Notes under the pieces: generated by a model | Database searches by the model: none | Told to the model about the DNA's origin: nothing | Seen by the model: the letters and a program-made list of their open reading frames with translations, nothing else | Position numbers and translations under genes: made by a program | IMG/VR virus record: IMGVR_UViG_3300010297_000002 | Span: 9,250 to 73,249 of that record | DNA from: a virus | Reading direction: 5' to 3' (one strand) | Length of the DNA stretch: 64,000 nt | Shown: one piece after another, positions 10,500 through 19,444 of the stretch | Layout: every line of letters starts with the position of its first letter | How positions within the stretch are numbered: position 1 is the stretch's first letter

Positions 10500-11150
10500 A
10501 TGAATTGTGAGACCACGGAGATTATTCAAAGCGTAAAGAAGGATTGTGAAGAGTACTTAGATCAGACATTAGATCATCTTCCAAATCTTCATTCTGAGTT
10601 CCAGATCGATAATTTTGTTCTGGCCAAAGACGCTTATACCGGATTCGGTATGTACAAGAAGGCCCAGCGAGAACTATCCCGCCGGGTCTCAGTTCTTCAA
10701 GACCTTTTCATTAATCTAGAGATGGCTCAGGCCGAGTTAGAGGTTCTGCAGGAGGAACTGGAAGACGGTGGACTAACCCCCGCTCGTGAAAAACTCAAGC
10801 AGGTCGAAATTAAAAAAGCTGATCTTAAGGTTTCTAGAATTAAATCAAATATCAAGGATGTACACAAAGAGTACAAAGCTGTTCTCAGGAGTTACAAACC
10901 TCTTCATCTAGAGTTCAAAGATGCTGACCTGGAAGAAGAGGAATTGAAGTATTGGTTTGAGCACTATAAGGTAAAGGTTCTTAGGGCCCTTCGCTATAAG
11001 GGTCTTATGGAAGCCGAAGCGGTTATGGATGGGTTGGATGATGTCTTTAGGGAGCGGCTCATAATAGAGGTTAGGTCTTTTCTGAGTAGAACTCTACCAG
11101 AAGAGCAGTTCGTTAAAGCTAAGAAATTATTGGAGTCTAGAAATGCCTAA
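10500..11150 (+). CDS. Coiled-coil protein, possible fibre assembly chaperone
   Basis: Heptad-rich 216-aa ORF immediately after the Kelch-tipped fibre; function inferred from position only. Confidence 0.45.
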   Translation: MNCETTEIIQSVKKDCEEYLDQTLDHLPNLHSEFQIDNFVLAKDAYTGFGMYKKAQRELSRRVSVLQDLFINLEMAQAELEVLQEELEDGGLTPAREKLKQVEIKKADLKVSRIKSNIKDVHKEYKAVLRSYKPLHLEFKDADLEEEELKYWFEHYKVKVLRALRYKGLMEAEAVMDGLDDVFRERLIIEVRSFLSRTLPEEQFVKAKKLLESRNA

Positions 11151-12711
11151 TACACAAAGAATTATGTTTAGTCCTGTGAAGAGAAGGTCTGTATCTCTTA
11201 GTCCTAACCCGACTGGAGATTCTTATCATGGAAGGCTACTTCACACTGGTTTAATCAGTCAGGTGGACTCTTCAACCCAGTTTACTGCTCTAAACTCGAA
11301 CATTCCCGGAAATGTTCCTCCTGGTGTGGATCTTTCGACCCCATTGGCAAGTAATCCTCCCCATATAAATCCGAAAGGGTTAACCTATGTTCTTCGAGTT
11401 GTGTCGGAGACGGGGGTAGCTAACGATCAGTACCATTTCCTAACCTCAGCCGTGAATTCAGGATCGAACACGATTGTTCAGGTCAATACAGCCTCGTTCA
11501 CTTCAGCCATCGAAGGATCTCGTTTCGATATCCTGATGCCTATTGATGATGGTGTTCGCTACCAGGGGGAGGTTTCCTCTTACGTAGGTACAGATATTAT
11601 CTGTCTGGGCGGGAATAACGTAAGTGAGTTAGGTCAGGTTCTCACAGATTCTACTTTTGATGTGATTGTTATGCGGGCAGATCAGACTTATGAAAGAAAA
11701 CTGGTTACTGGATTGGCTTTCACAAATAATACTTCTGCTGTCACGATCACCGTGGACTCTGCTTTCACTACGATCACTCCTTCATCGGGAGATCTAGTGA
11801 TCATTAAATCCACGCTCTGGTCCAGTTTCTGTAATCCTAACCCAGATGCGGATTCTGCTTTATCTACTTCTTTCTTCGATACAGGAAACGCAGCTTTTGT
11901 TCAGAGCCCGATGTTTGACTACGAGATGACTCACTCAACCGGTGAGTTTCAATGGTTTGGGAATACGATTTTTGGAGTAAGTGATGCTGGAGAGGTGTCT
12001 GTCGGGGCTTACAATGGTGGGAACCTCAATGATGACAAGGGTGACTATTCTACTTCTCTTCCTAATATTCCTTATGCGGTTAATCTGAAGGTCGGCGGTA
12101 CAGCCCTCGGTTCAGTTAATTTCATAACCGAGGAGCAGGCCGAGATCCTGACTTCAGGATCTCAAGATGCGACCTCACTTCATAATCACGACAGTCGTTA
12201 CTATTTGAAGTCGGAGACCTATAACCAGTCTGAGTTTAATGCAGGTACTTCTGCGAATCCAGGAACCGGTGTACTAGATCCCAGGTATTACACTAAGACA
12301 GAGGTGTACACTAAGACAGAGGCTTCGAATCTTTTCTTAACCAAGAGTGCTAATCTTTCCGATTTGGGTAATACTGCCACAGCCAGAAACAACTTGAGTG
12401 TCTATTCCAAGACGGAGATTGATAACCAGATAAAAGAGATTCCAATCTTTTTATATACTTTTTTAAATGTTGCATACACGAATTCACAAGCAACTCGAGA
12501 CAGGTTACAGCTAGTTCACCCAGCTTCTTTATACAAGGAGGGGCAAAAGGCTATTGTAAGGCTCCATTTTCAATATGGTATGGCTATTGGTGCAGGCCTT
12601 CTGCTAGACTTCGGTCATTACTTTTGGGTACAGGGCGGTGTCTGGAGGATTGATACAGTAACTATGGAAGCGGCGATGCCGGGTTACGTTAACCAGTTAA
12701 ATTTTGTCTGA
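11143..12711 (+). CDS. Tail fibre protein with YTKTE-type repeats
   Basis: 'LHNHDSRYYLKSE', 'DPRYYTKTEVYTKTE', 'NLSDL.N..TARNNL.VYSKTEID' are common phage fibre repeats. Confidence 0.7.
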   Translation: MPNTQRIMFSPVKRRSVSLSPNPTGDSYHGRLLHTGLISQVDSSTQFTALNSNIPGNVPPGVDLSTPLASNPPHINPKGLTYVLRVVSETGVANDQYHFLTSAVNSGSNTIVQVNTASFTSAIEGSRFDILMPIDDGVRYQGEVSSYVGTDIICLGGNNVSELGQVLTDSTFDVIVMRADQTYERKLVTGLAFTNNTSAVTITVDSAFTTITPSSGDLVIIKSTLWSSFCNPNPDADSALSTSFFDTGNAAFVQSPMFDYEMTHSTGEFQWFGNTIFGVSDAGEVSVGAYNGGNLNDDKGDYSTSLPNIPYAVNLKVGGTALGSVNFITEEQAEILTSGSQDATSLHNHDSRYYLKSETYNQSEFNAGTSANPGTGVLDPRYYTKTEVYTKTEASNLFLTKSANLSDLGNTATARNNLSVYSKTEIDNQIKEIPIFLYTFLNVAYTNSQATRDRLQLVHPASLYKEGQKAIVRLHFQYGMAIGAGLLLDFGHYFWVQGGVWRIDTVTMEAAMPGYVNQLNFV

Positions 12712-13228
12712 TATGGATATTAGAACTTTTGAAATATTTCCAGGAGTCGCGGTACACGAGAACTTTGTTCCCAATGTTTCGGACATTGTCCAGTATCTTT
12801 TCGATAATGAACAGAGCCTGAACTTTATTGCCCGCACGGGTAAGTACAAAGTGAAAACGGTGGGAGTAGAGTCTAAGGTCAGCTCTCTTCTCAAAGACGA
12901 CATTCCTGCAGAGCTTAAGGAGATGATTTTTGCGGGCCTTCCCGAGAGGCACCGCCTCTTTCATCATGATATTCAGATTCAGAGATATACTAGGGGAGGT
13001 TCTATAACGATTCATAAAGAGGCCTCTTCTTATAGCGAACTACATTTATTTAATTTGTATTCTGATCCTGAAGCCGGGGACGGCCTAACAGTCTATGATA
13101 GAGATTCAGACCAGTGGCATTTCATTGAAGATCGTCCGGGCAATTTTATTGAGTTCGGCACAGATATTTATCATTGTATTAAGGAAATTAAATCTGATTT
13201 ACGGTATTCTATGGTGGTTGGATTTTAA
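12704..13228 (+). CDS. 2OG-Fe(II) oxygenase-like protein
   Basis: 'IQRY..GG.I.IHKE' (HxE), 'GDGL', 'IYHCI......RYSMV' give the H...HxxxxxxxxR pattern of 2OG-Fe(II) dioxygenases. Confidence 0.7.
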   Translation: MSDMDIRTFEIFPGVAVHENFVPNVSDIVQYLFDNEQSLNFIARTGKYKVKTVGVESKVSSLLKDDIPAELKEMIFAGLPERHRLFHHDIQIQRYTRGGSITIHKEASSYSELHLFNLYSDPEAGDGLTVYDRDSDQWHFIEDRPGNFIEFGTDIYHCIKEIKSDLRYSMVVGF

Positions 13229-13239
13229 AGGGACTTGTT

Positions 13240-13836
13240 ATGTTTGCTATTTTTGATAAGAGAGATGGAAGTTTTTTAGCTTGTTTAGAGGAACTACACG
13301 AACACCATAATGAGCAGAATTACCTCATTAAGAAGCTTCCTGAGGATTTCGATGCGGAAGATTCAGTCTATGTCGGTGATTTTTACAAGGGGAAGATCAT
13401 TGATAAGTCAGAGAATCCTAACGTCTTGCGAGAGGAGCATCTTAAGTTCTCTACGACTATTCAGATTCAAGAAGAGTATTCGCTTCATAAGCAGTTAAAC
13501 ATCATAATTGAGCAGTTGGATGCTTTAGATAATTCAATTAAAACCGATGATTTCAAGAAGATGTCTAAGTACCTTAAAGCAGCTCGAAATGAGTACAAGA
13601 CCCGTAGGAAGGGTTATGTGGAGAGTCAGGATACCATCTTCATTAATGAGGTCGGCGAGGAGGAAGGCACCCACAGATCTGCGGACGATGCTCTCACTCG
13701 TGAAGAACTGAAGAAGGCTTTCGATTCCTCGGAGGATTACGTAGTCTCCTACAAGGCCTCTCCGAACGTCCCCATCAAACTCAAGCCTAAAGAAGTCAAA
13801 AAGATTAAATTAAACGAGCCTGTGAAGAGTAAATGA
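13240..13836 (+). CDS. Hypothetical protein (possible fibre chaperone)
   Basis: 198-aa ORF with an RBS-like AAGGGA upstream; last gene of the fibre block. Confidence 0.5.
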   Translation: MFAIFDKRDGSFLACLEELHEHHNEQNYLIKKLPEDFDAEDSVYVGDFYKGKIIDKSENPNVLREEHLKFSTTIQIQEEYSLHKQLNIIIEQLDALDNSIKTDDFKKMSKYLKAARNEYKTRRKGYVESQDTIFINEVGEEEGTHRSADDALTREELKKAFDSSEDYVVSYKASPNVPIKLKPKEVKKIKLNEPVKSK

Positions 13837-15524
13837 CATTACTAGACGATCTTAGAACAGGTCGGAAGGATGTCAGCTCGCTCCAGATTCCTCATCTGAA
13901 AGAAGGGATCAGCCTTTTCGACTACCAAAAAATTGCCGTAGCGGCCTTCCTTTCCCACAGGAAACTAATTCTGTATGATCAGATGGGGTTTGGGAAGACT
14001 TGCATGTCTTTCGCTTCTTATGTGATTCTTAAGCAGAAGATCCCCGATCTTAAATTGATTTATGCCACGGTTAAGTCGGGTATCTACCAAGCAGAGACAG
14101 AATTTAATACCTTCTTTGATGGATTTAAGACCATAGTAGTTCGGTCCGATGGTTGGACTAAGCTTCGCCGGGAGAAGATCTACATGAAGGGCGAGCATGA
14201 TTGCTATTTCATGGGACACCGCAGGATGGTTCTAGATGCCAAGTGGATCGCAAAGTGCCTCAGCCCCTGCGTGATCGTGCTGGACGAGTCTAATTATTTC
14301 AAAGGACTGGATTCAAAGGCTCATAAAGTCGCGGCCCAACTTCGTGACATCGTTCCTTATATGTGGCAGCTTACAGCAGATCCCATCGAGAATAGTATTA
14401 AGGATGCCTATGGGTTGATGGATCTGGTAGATACTACTCTTTACGGTGATTTCGAGCAATTTAAGCAGGAATTCTGCATCGTTAAGAAAACTCGGATACC
14501 TAAGCCCGCAAAATGGAAATCTCCTGGGTTTATGGAGATTGACTCGGTTGTGGCTTATAAGAACAAAGATGAATTTAGAAGACGATTTGATCTGGCCGCC
14601 CTCGGACGTACTCGAAAAGATGTTCAGAATGAGCTCCCGGATCTTAAGGTTCGTAATCTTGAAGTTGAGCTTCCTCGAAAAGATAAAAAGATCTACGATG
14701 AGATCGAGGAAGGTTTGCTTTCTAATCTTCGTGGTTACGAGAAGTTGAAGGATCACTCTTCCAGTGAGGGTGCTTATCTCGAGAACATGATTCGTTGTCA
14801 GCAGATTTTAGGGTGTCCTACTGAAGTAATGGGGACTCTGGTCCAAAGCCTCAACGATGTTCGAGAGAGATCTCAGGAGCTTACAGTGAAGAAGCTCCAG
14901 CAATTACAAGAAGATTCCGAAGAGGACTATATTCCTAATGAATATGATTTCAGGTTCGCGGAGCACTGGGACGATCGATTCAAGTACATTTCATCTCTTC
15001 TAGCGAATTACACCATGGAGACCACAGCCAAGTGTGAGGAGATCAAGCGTCTTCTTCAGGACGAGCTTCCTGGAGAGAAGGTGATCATATTCAGTTCCTT
15101 TCTTAAGGTTATCGATTACCTCGAACCGCGTTTAGATGACTGGAAGCCGCTGAGAATTACGGGGGCCGAGAATGCCCAGGTTCGTGAAAAGAATCGTCGG
15201 CAGTTTGTGGAGTCTGAGGATCGTAATGTTCTTTTGGTAACTACAGCCGCTCTTCGAGGATTGAACCTGCAGCGAGCTTCTTGTATTATTTGTCACGATA
15301 TACCGATGACCTGGGGCAAGCTTCGTCAGTTAGTAGGTAGAATCATTCGAACCGGGTCTCTTCATGAGATGGTGAATCTTATTATCTTGATTGCCAAGGG
15401 AACTATTGATCAAACTATTCATAAGAAATTGTACTCTACCCAGCAAGATGTTGAGCGTATTCTGGGAGATTTAGATAAGGATAAAATTGTGACAGGCGAA
15501 ATGGTTCGGTCTCATCGCTTTTAA
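13833..15524 (+). CDS. SNF2-family superfamily 2 helicase/ATPase
   Basis: 'LFDYQ', Walker A 'DQMGFGKT', Walker B 'VLDESN', motif III 'LTADPIEN', 'EKVIIFS.F', 'GLNLQ.A', motif VI 'QLVGRIIRTG'. Confidence 0.9.
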   Translation: MTLLDDLRTGRKDVSSLQIPHLKEGISLFDYQKIAVAAFLSHRKLILYDQMGFGKTCMSFASYVILKQKIPDLKLIYATVKSGIYQAETEFNTFFDGFKTIVVRSDGWTKLRREKIYMKGEHDCYFMGHRRMVLDAKWIAKCLSPCVIVLDESNYFKGLDSKAHKVAAQLRDIVPYMWQLTADPIENSIKDAYGLMDLVDTTLYGDFEQFKQEFCIVKKTRIPKPAKWKSPGFMEIDSVVAYKNKDEFRRRFDLAALGRTRKDVQNELPDLKVRNLEVELPRKDKKIYDEIEEGLLSNLRGYEKLKDHSSSEGAYLENMIRCQQILGCPTEVMGTLVQSLNDVRERSQELTVKKLQQLQEDSEEDYIPNEYDFRFAEHWDDRFKYISSLLANYTMETTAKCEEIKRLLQDELPGEKVIIFSSFLKVIDYLEPRLDDWKPLRITGAENAQVREKNRRQFVESEDRNVLLVTTAALRGLNLQRASCIICHDIPMTWGKLRQLVGRIIRTGSLHEMVNLIILIAKGTIDQTIHKKLYSTQQDVERILGDLDKDKIVTGEMVRSHRF

Positions 15525-15553
15525 TTGTATCGAATTCGAGTAATATAGGCTCT

Positions 15554-16162
15554 ATGAAAGTTAACATTCCCGGTTTCACTCAAAAAGAATCCTGTAAGAC
15601 CTGTCCAGGAGAAATTAGAAAGAAGGTCAACGGTAAGGTTTCCACCAAGTACTGTTATTGTCTTGGGATGGAGATAGCTTATCGGATGCTCGGCGATAGT
15701 CTTTATCCTCATTTTGATCCCAGTTCTGAGAAGATTAAAGCGGTTTTAGCCAGTGATGGTTTTCAATCGAAGAAGCTTTTTATTAAAGAGACCAAGAAGG
15801 ATAATTTCAAGAAGGTCATGGCGACCTATGTTTTCCGTCATAGGCTTAAAAAGTTCATGATAACGGACTCTTATCGGATCATGGAGGCCTATCTAGGGTT
15901 AGATGAGGAGTACAAGACCTATCGTCAGATGATAGACTCCAACGATATGATTGTGATACGCATGGGCGAGACTGAGCGGGATGTGAATCGTTTCGATGAG
16001 ACTTTCAAACAGTTCTTGGTCTTAGCCGAGCTTAAAGAAGATTTGGTTCTTTGGCTGGTTTCTTCCCGTGGACCGCAAGATAAGTTCTATAAGAATTTTT
16101 ATTCTTTACACTCCCAACCGTTTTTCTCGAACCCAATGCATTTCAAAGGAGCCCAATTATGA
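15554..16162 (+). CDS. Putative helicase loader/replication protein with N-terminal Zn site
   Basis: CxxC...CxC N-terminus like DnaI/DnaC-type loaders; overlaps the DnaB gene start. No intact Walker A. Confidence 0.4.
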   Translation: MKVNIPGFTQKESCKTCPGEIRKKVNGKVSTKYCYCLGMEIAYRMLGDSLYPHFDPSSEKIKAVLASDGFQSKKLFIKETKKDNFKKVMATYVFRHRLKKFMITDSYRIMEAYLGLDEEYKTYRQMIDSNDMIVIRMGETERDVNRFDETFKQFLVLAELKEDLVLWLVSSRGPQDKFYKNFYSLHSQPFFSNPMHFKGAQL

Positions 16163-17646
16163 GGATGGAGGAGCTCCAAATATTAAGAGGAGTGATTCGA
16201 TTAGACACCGAGGCATCCTCGGATGAGCTTTTAGGGAATTACACTCAGTTGATGGCCAAGAAGTTAGCTTTTTCTCCTGAGGTCGCCGATGTTCTCAACT
16301 TCGTTAGTGAGTACTATAAGTCTACTTCCGGGTTTCCTCAATACCGGGAGGTCGAGGATCACTTTAGGACTAAGAATAATTTCAATCTAGTTCGGAATTT
16401 GGAAACACTGAAAAAAGTTCAGAGACCGGACGAGCAGCAGTTTACTTACAATCTAAAAAAGTATGCTCAGGATTATGAAACGGATCTGGTTCGTAAGGCT
16501 ATGGAAGAGACCCTGAACTATATTTCTGAGAATAGGCCTAAGATCTCGATCAATGAGTCTCTGGCTGAGCAAGCTCTGAGCAAACTTAATGATCAGGTAG
16601 CCTCTCTGTACTCGAGGTCCCATGGGAATGTTTTCACTTCGGGGAATGTCGCGGATTATTACGCTAATTTTAAACTGAAGATGGAGGAATCCATGTATGA
16701 TAATCAGTCCCAGGTAATACCTTCTGGAGTCTCAATTATAGACCAACACATCAGTGGAATAGCCAAAGGTAATCTCGCTTTTTTGATCGGGTACGCAGGG
16801 TCCTTTAAGACCGGAGCCTGTATGAACTGGTGTATGGAGGCCATTCGCCTTGGGTACAACGTTCTTTATGTATCAATGGAGAATTCCGCTATCGAACTCA
16901 CTAACCAGATTCTTTCCTGCCACGCATCGGATGCAGATTTGTTTGGACACCTCGGTATTCCTACACCGTCGCACACGGATATCGGCGATGGTAATGTAAC
17001 GGAGGCTCAGCAGGAATTGATTGATACTGCTTACCAGGATTATATGATTAGACAGCAGAATGGGGAGTACGGTCAGTTTTTTGTCCATCAGCCGGAAGTA
17101 GCCGAGGTTACTCTTTCTTATGTTCGGAATATTACTAACTTCTTCAACGCGAAGTGCGGTAATGAGTTGGACATGCTGGTAATCGATGCTCCTTACTTGA
17201 TGACTCCAGAACTCTACAAGTCAGATTTTAGAGCAGCTCTGAACCAGATCATCAGGTCTCTTAAGTTGTTCGCACAGTCTTTCAATAAGGGGGAAGGGTT
17301 GGCAGTCCTCTGTCCACACCAGATTAATCGTGATGGGCACGACCGGGCGTTAAAGAACAAGGATTTTATCTACGACCATAAGTGTATTGCAGATTTGAAC
17401 GAGATTGAGAAGTCGGCGGATCTCGCAATGACTGTTTTTTCTGATAACGAGGATCTACGAGTTACGAACCAGGTTCTCGTTCAGTTTTTGAAGTCCCGTC
17501 ACCATGGGGTCCCGAAGTACCAGAATTTCCCTATCTACGCAAACCTAGCGACTCGTCGTTGGGGAAACTTGAACCTGGATAGTTCTGGTAATTACGAGGA
17601 CCAGTTCGACTTCTCCCTCGAGGAGACATTTTTGGGAGAAGGTTAA
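16159..17646 (+). CDS. dnaB: Replicative DnaB-like helicase
   Basis: 'IPSG...ID....G...G.L..L.GYAGSFKT', 'VLYVSMEN', 'VID', 'HQINR', 'IEKSAD', 'KSRH'. Confidence 0.9.
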   Translation: MRMEELQILRGVIRLDTEASSDELLGNYTQLMAKKLAFSPEVADVLNFVSEYYKSTSGFPQYREVEDHFRTKNNFNLVRNLETLKKVQRPDEQQFTYNLKKYAQDYETDLVRKAMEETLNYISENRPKISINESLAEQALSKLNDQVASLYSRSHGNVFTSGNVADYYANFKLKMEESMYDNQSQVIPSGVSIIDQHISGIAKGNLAFLIGYAGSFKTGACMNWCMEAIRLGYNVLYVSMENSAIELTNQILSCHASDADLFGHLGIPTPSHTDIGDGNVTEAQQELIDTAYQDYMIRQQNGEYGQFFVHQPEVAEVTLSYVRNITNFFNAKCGNELDMLVIDAPYLMTPELYKSDFRAALNQIIRSLKLFAQSFNKGEGLAVLCPHQINRDGHDRALKNKDFIYDHKCIADLNEIEKSADLAMTVFSDNEDLRVTNQVLVQFLKSRHHGVPKYQNFPIYANLATRRWGNLNLDSSGNYEDQFDFSLEETFLGEG

Positions 17647-18257
17647 TGGCTACTCTCAGACAAAGAATACAAAGAGTAGCTAAGAATCTTTCCATGATGG
17701 ATGCTTACCCTTATATTACCGGGAAGAGTATCCATGTCCTTGACAACCGGCCTAAGCAAGTCAAGTGTTATATCCATGGTTCGGATCGTAAGCCCTCAGC
17801 TCGTATCTTTACCGATGGTAAGATGTACTGCTTCACATGCCATGAGATGTTCGATTCATACTCGTTTAGTATGAAGTTCAGGAATATTCCTTTCAATGAT
17901 TACCGAGCTGCGGATGAGCTTTTACAAGAGCTTGAGTCCAGGTTCAACCTCTTGTCCATTCCATTGGAAGAGGTTAAGGAAGACAAGAACGAATCTTGGG
18001 ATAAAGTGGTCTCTTCGAACAAGAAGGAAGTCGAAGCCCAGGTCAAGGCCAGTTTGGATGAGGACAAACGATCTTTCATTAATAAGTGGGTCGATGTCAA
18101 CGAAAAAGCGATTAACTGTTCTGACGAATGTAAACGGCAGAAAATATATGAGGGCCTGGATAAAGCCCTTGCTTATTCATCGGATCAGAAAGACTACTAC
18201 GGTGGGTGGGATTTTCTGTTCAAATTAGAGAATTTACTTTGGGAAAATGAGAATTGA
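17646..18257 (+). CDS. CHC2 zinc-finger (primase Zn-binding domain) protein lacking a TOPRIM domain
   Basis: 'CYIH..D.KPS.......YCFTC' matches the DnaG zinc-binding domain; the protein is only 203 aa. Confidence 0.75.
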   Translation: MATLRQRIQRVAKNLSMMDAYPYITGKSIHVLDNRPKQVKCYIHGSDRKPSARIFTDGKMYCFTCHEMFDSYSFSMKFRNIPFNDYRAADELLQELESRFNLLSIPLEEVKEDKNESWDKVVSSNKKEVEAQVKASLDEDKRSFINKWVDVNEKAINCSDECKRQKIYEGLDKALAYSSDQKDYYGGWDFLFKLENLLWENEN

Positions 18258-19443
18258 GCTTGTATTCAAAAAAGGAAAATCATGCGATTGGCTCCCCGGA
18301 TTTTTACATTATATTCATGAGACTCGAGTAGGTTTATACAATCTAGGGTTCTCAGGTGTTGAAGTTCGTCATGATCTTGATTTCTTTCATCAGAAGTATG
18401 TGTTCTCTTGTCCAGACGGTCAGGAGATTTCTTCGAACATTGTTTCGAAGTTTTTGGCGTTCTTCCACAAGCCATCCTTTCGTGGAGTCAAAGATCATTC
18501 TCTTCAGATAAACCAGAGGTTTTTCCGGGAGAAGATGTACTCTTTCATTACTCTCCAAGGGTTTTTAGACTCCCAGGTCTATTCCAAAATCGGCCTCCGA
18601 AGTAAGTTCAATCAATACTCATTCGATTGGTTTCAAAAGTACACCCACCAATTGCTAGATGCTTTCTATTCTTGGTACTTTGTTAGGGAAAACTATTGCA
18701 TCACTGTTCGCGGAGCTTCGGATAAAGTTGCAGATGAGATCTATCGTTCTGTAGACACAATGTTCACCGCTAGAACTTTCACTCATAGGGATTGCCTTCC
18801 CTATTTTGATGAGGATTCCCTAGAAGTTCCAGACTTCGATTCCAAGTTTATGGACTTTTTGGGAACCTTGATTCCGCCCATGCAAGAGGGCTTCGATCGT
18901 AGGGCTGAGAAAAGCTCTGTGTTTCATCAAGGAAAGCTTACCGTTTTTAGTAAGCACTTCAAGATATGGTGGCTTTGTGTTCCTAAGTCAAATAAGAATT
19001 TGACTACTTTACTTTTTTTAAAATATTTCATTTTGAGGAAGATTAAATCCCTCCTGAAGTCAGAGTTCGATCTTTTGAAGTTGGGGGAGTACCTCAAAGT
19101 TTACGTACAGGACAACGTTTGTTTTTTTTATTTTTTCAAACCTCTAGAATTGATGGAAGAAGTGAAAACCCCAGGAACTATGGGAGATTTTCTCAAGGTC
19201 CCAGACATCAGTCTAAATTCATTAGATGTCAAGGCCTTGTTTTCTAAGTTCAAACGAGGTAATTCTTTAGATCAGATGCATACAAAAACTTTCATCGAGA
19301 GCTCTTTTTGCTCAGTGGAAGATCTTGGGTATTTGTCTTTAGTAGCTCCAGAGTTTTCCATTCAAAATCTTCTGGACATTAAGCCTAAGCAGGCTAAGGA
19401 ACTTAACGTCGAAGGACTGAGATTCTTCGAGATAAAGGGATAG
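18247..19443 (+). CDS. Hypothetical protein in the replication operon
   Basis: 398-aa ORF overlapping the upstream gene and ending 1 nt before the polymerase gene; no motif recognised. Confidence 0.6.
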   Translation: MRIELVFKKGKSCDWLPGFLHYIHETRVGLYNLGFSGVEVRHDLDFFHQKYVFSCPDGQEISSNIVSKFLAFFHKPSFRGVKDHSLQINQRFFREKMYSFITLQGFLDSQVYSKIGLRSKFNQYSFDWFQKYTHQLLDAFYSWYFVRENYCITVRGASDKVADEIYRSVDTMFTARTFTHRDCLPYFDEDSLEVPDFDSKFMDFLGTLIPPMQEGFDRRAEKSSVFHQGKLTVFSKHFKIWWLCVPKSNKNLTTLLFLKYFILRKIKSLLKSEFDLLKLGEYLKVYVQDNVCFFYFFKPLELMEEVKTPGTMGDFLKVPDISLNSLDVKALFSKFKRGNSLDQMHTKTFIESSFCSVEDLGYLSLVAPEFSIQNLLDIKPKQAKELNVEGLRFFEIKG

Positions 19444-19444
19444 T

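Noticed and set aside
12289-12322. 16-bp direct repeat TACACTAAGACAGAGG
   Set aside because: It encodes the YTKTE fibre repeat; it is not an att site or DGR repeat, and no reverse transcriptase is present.
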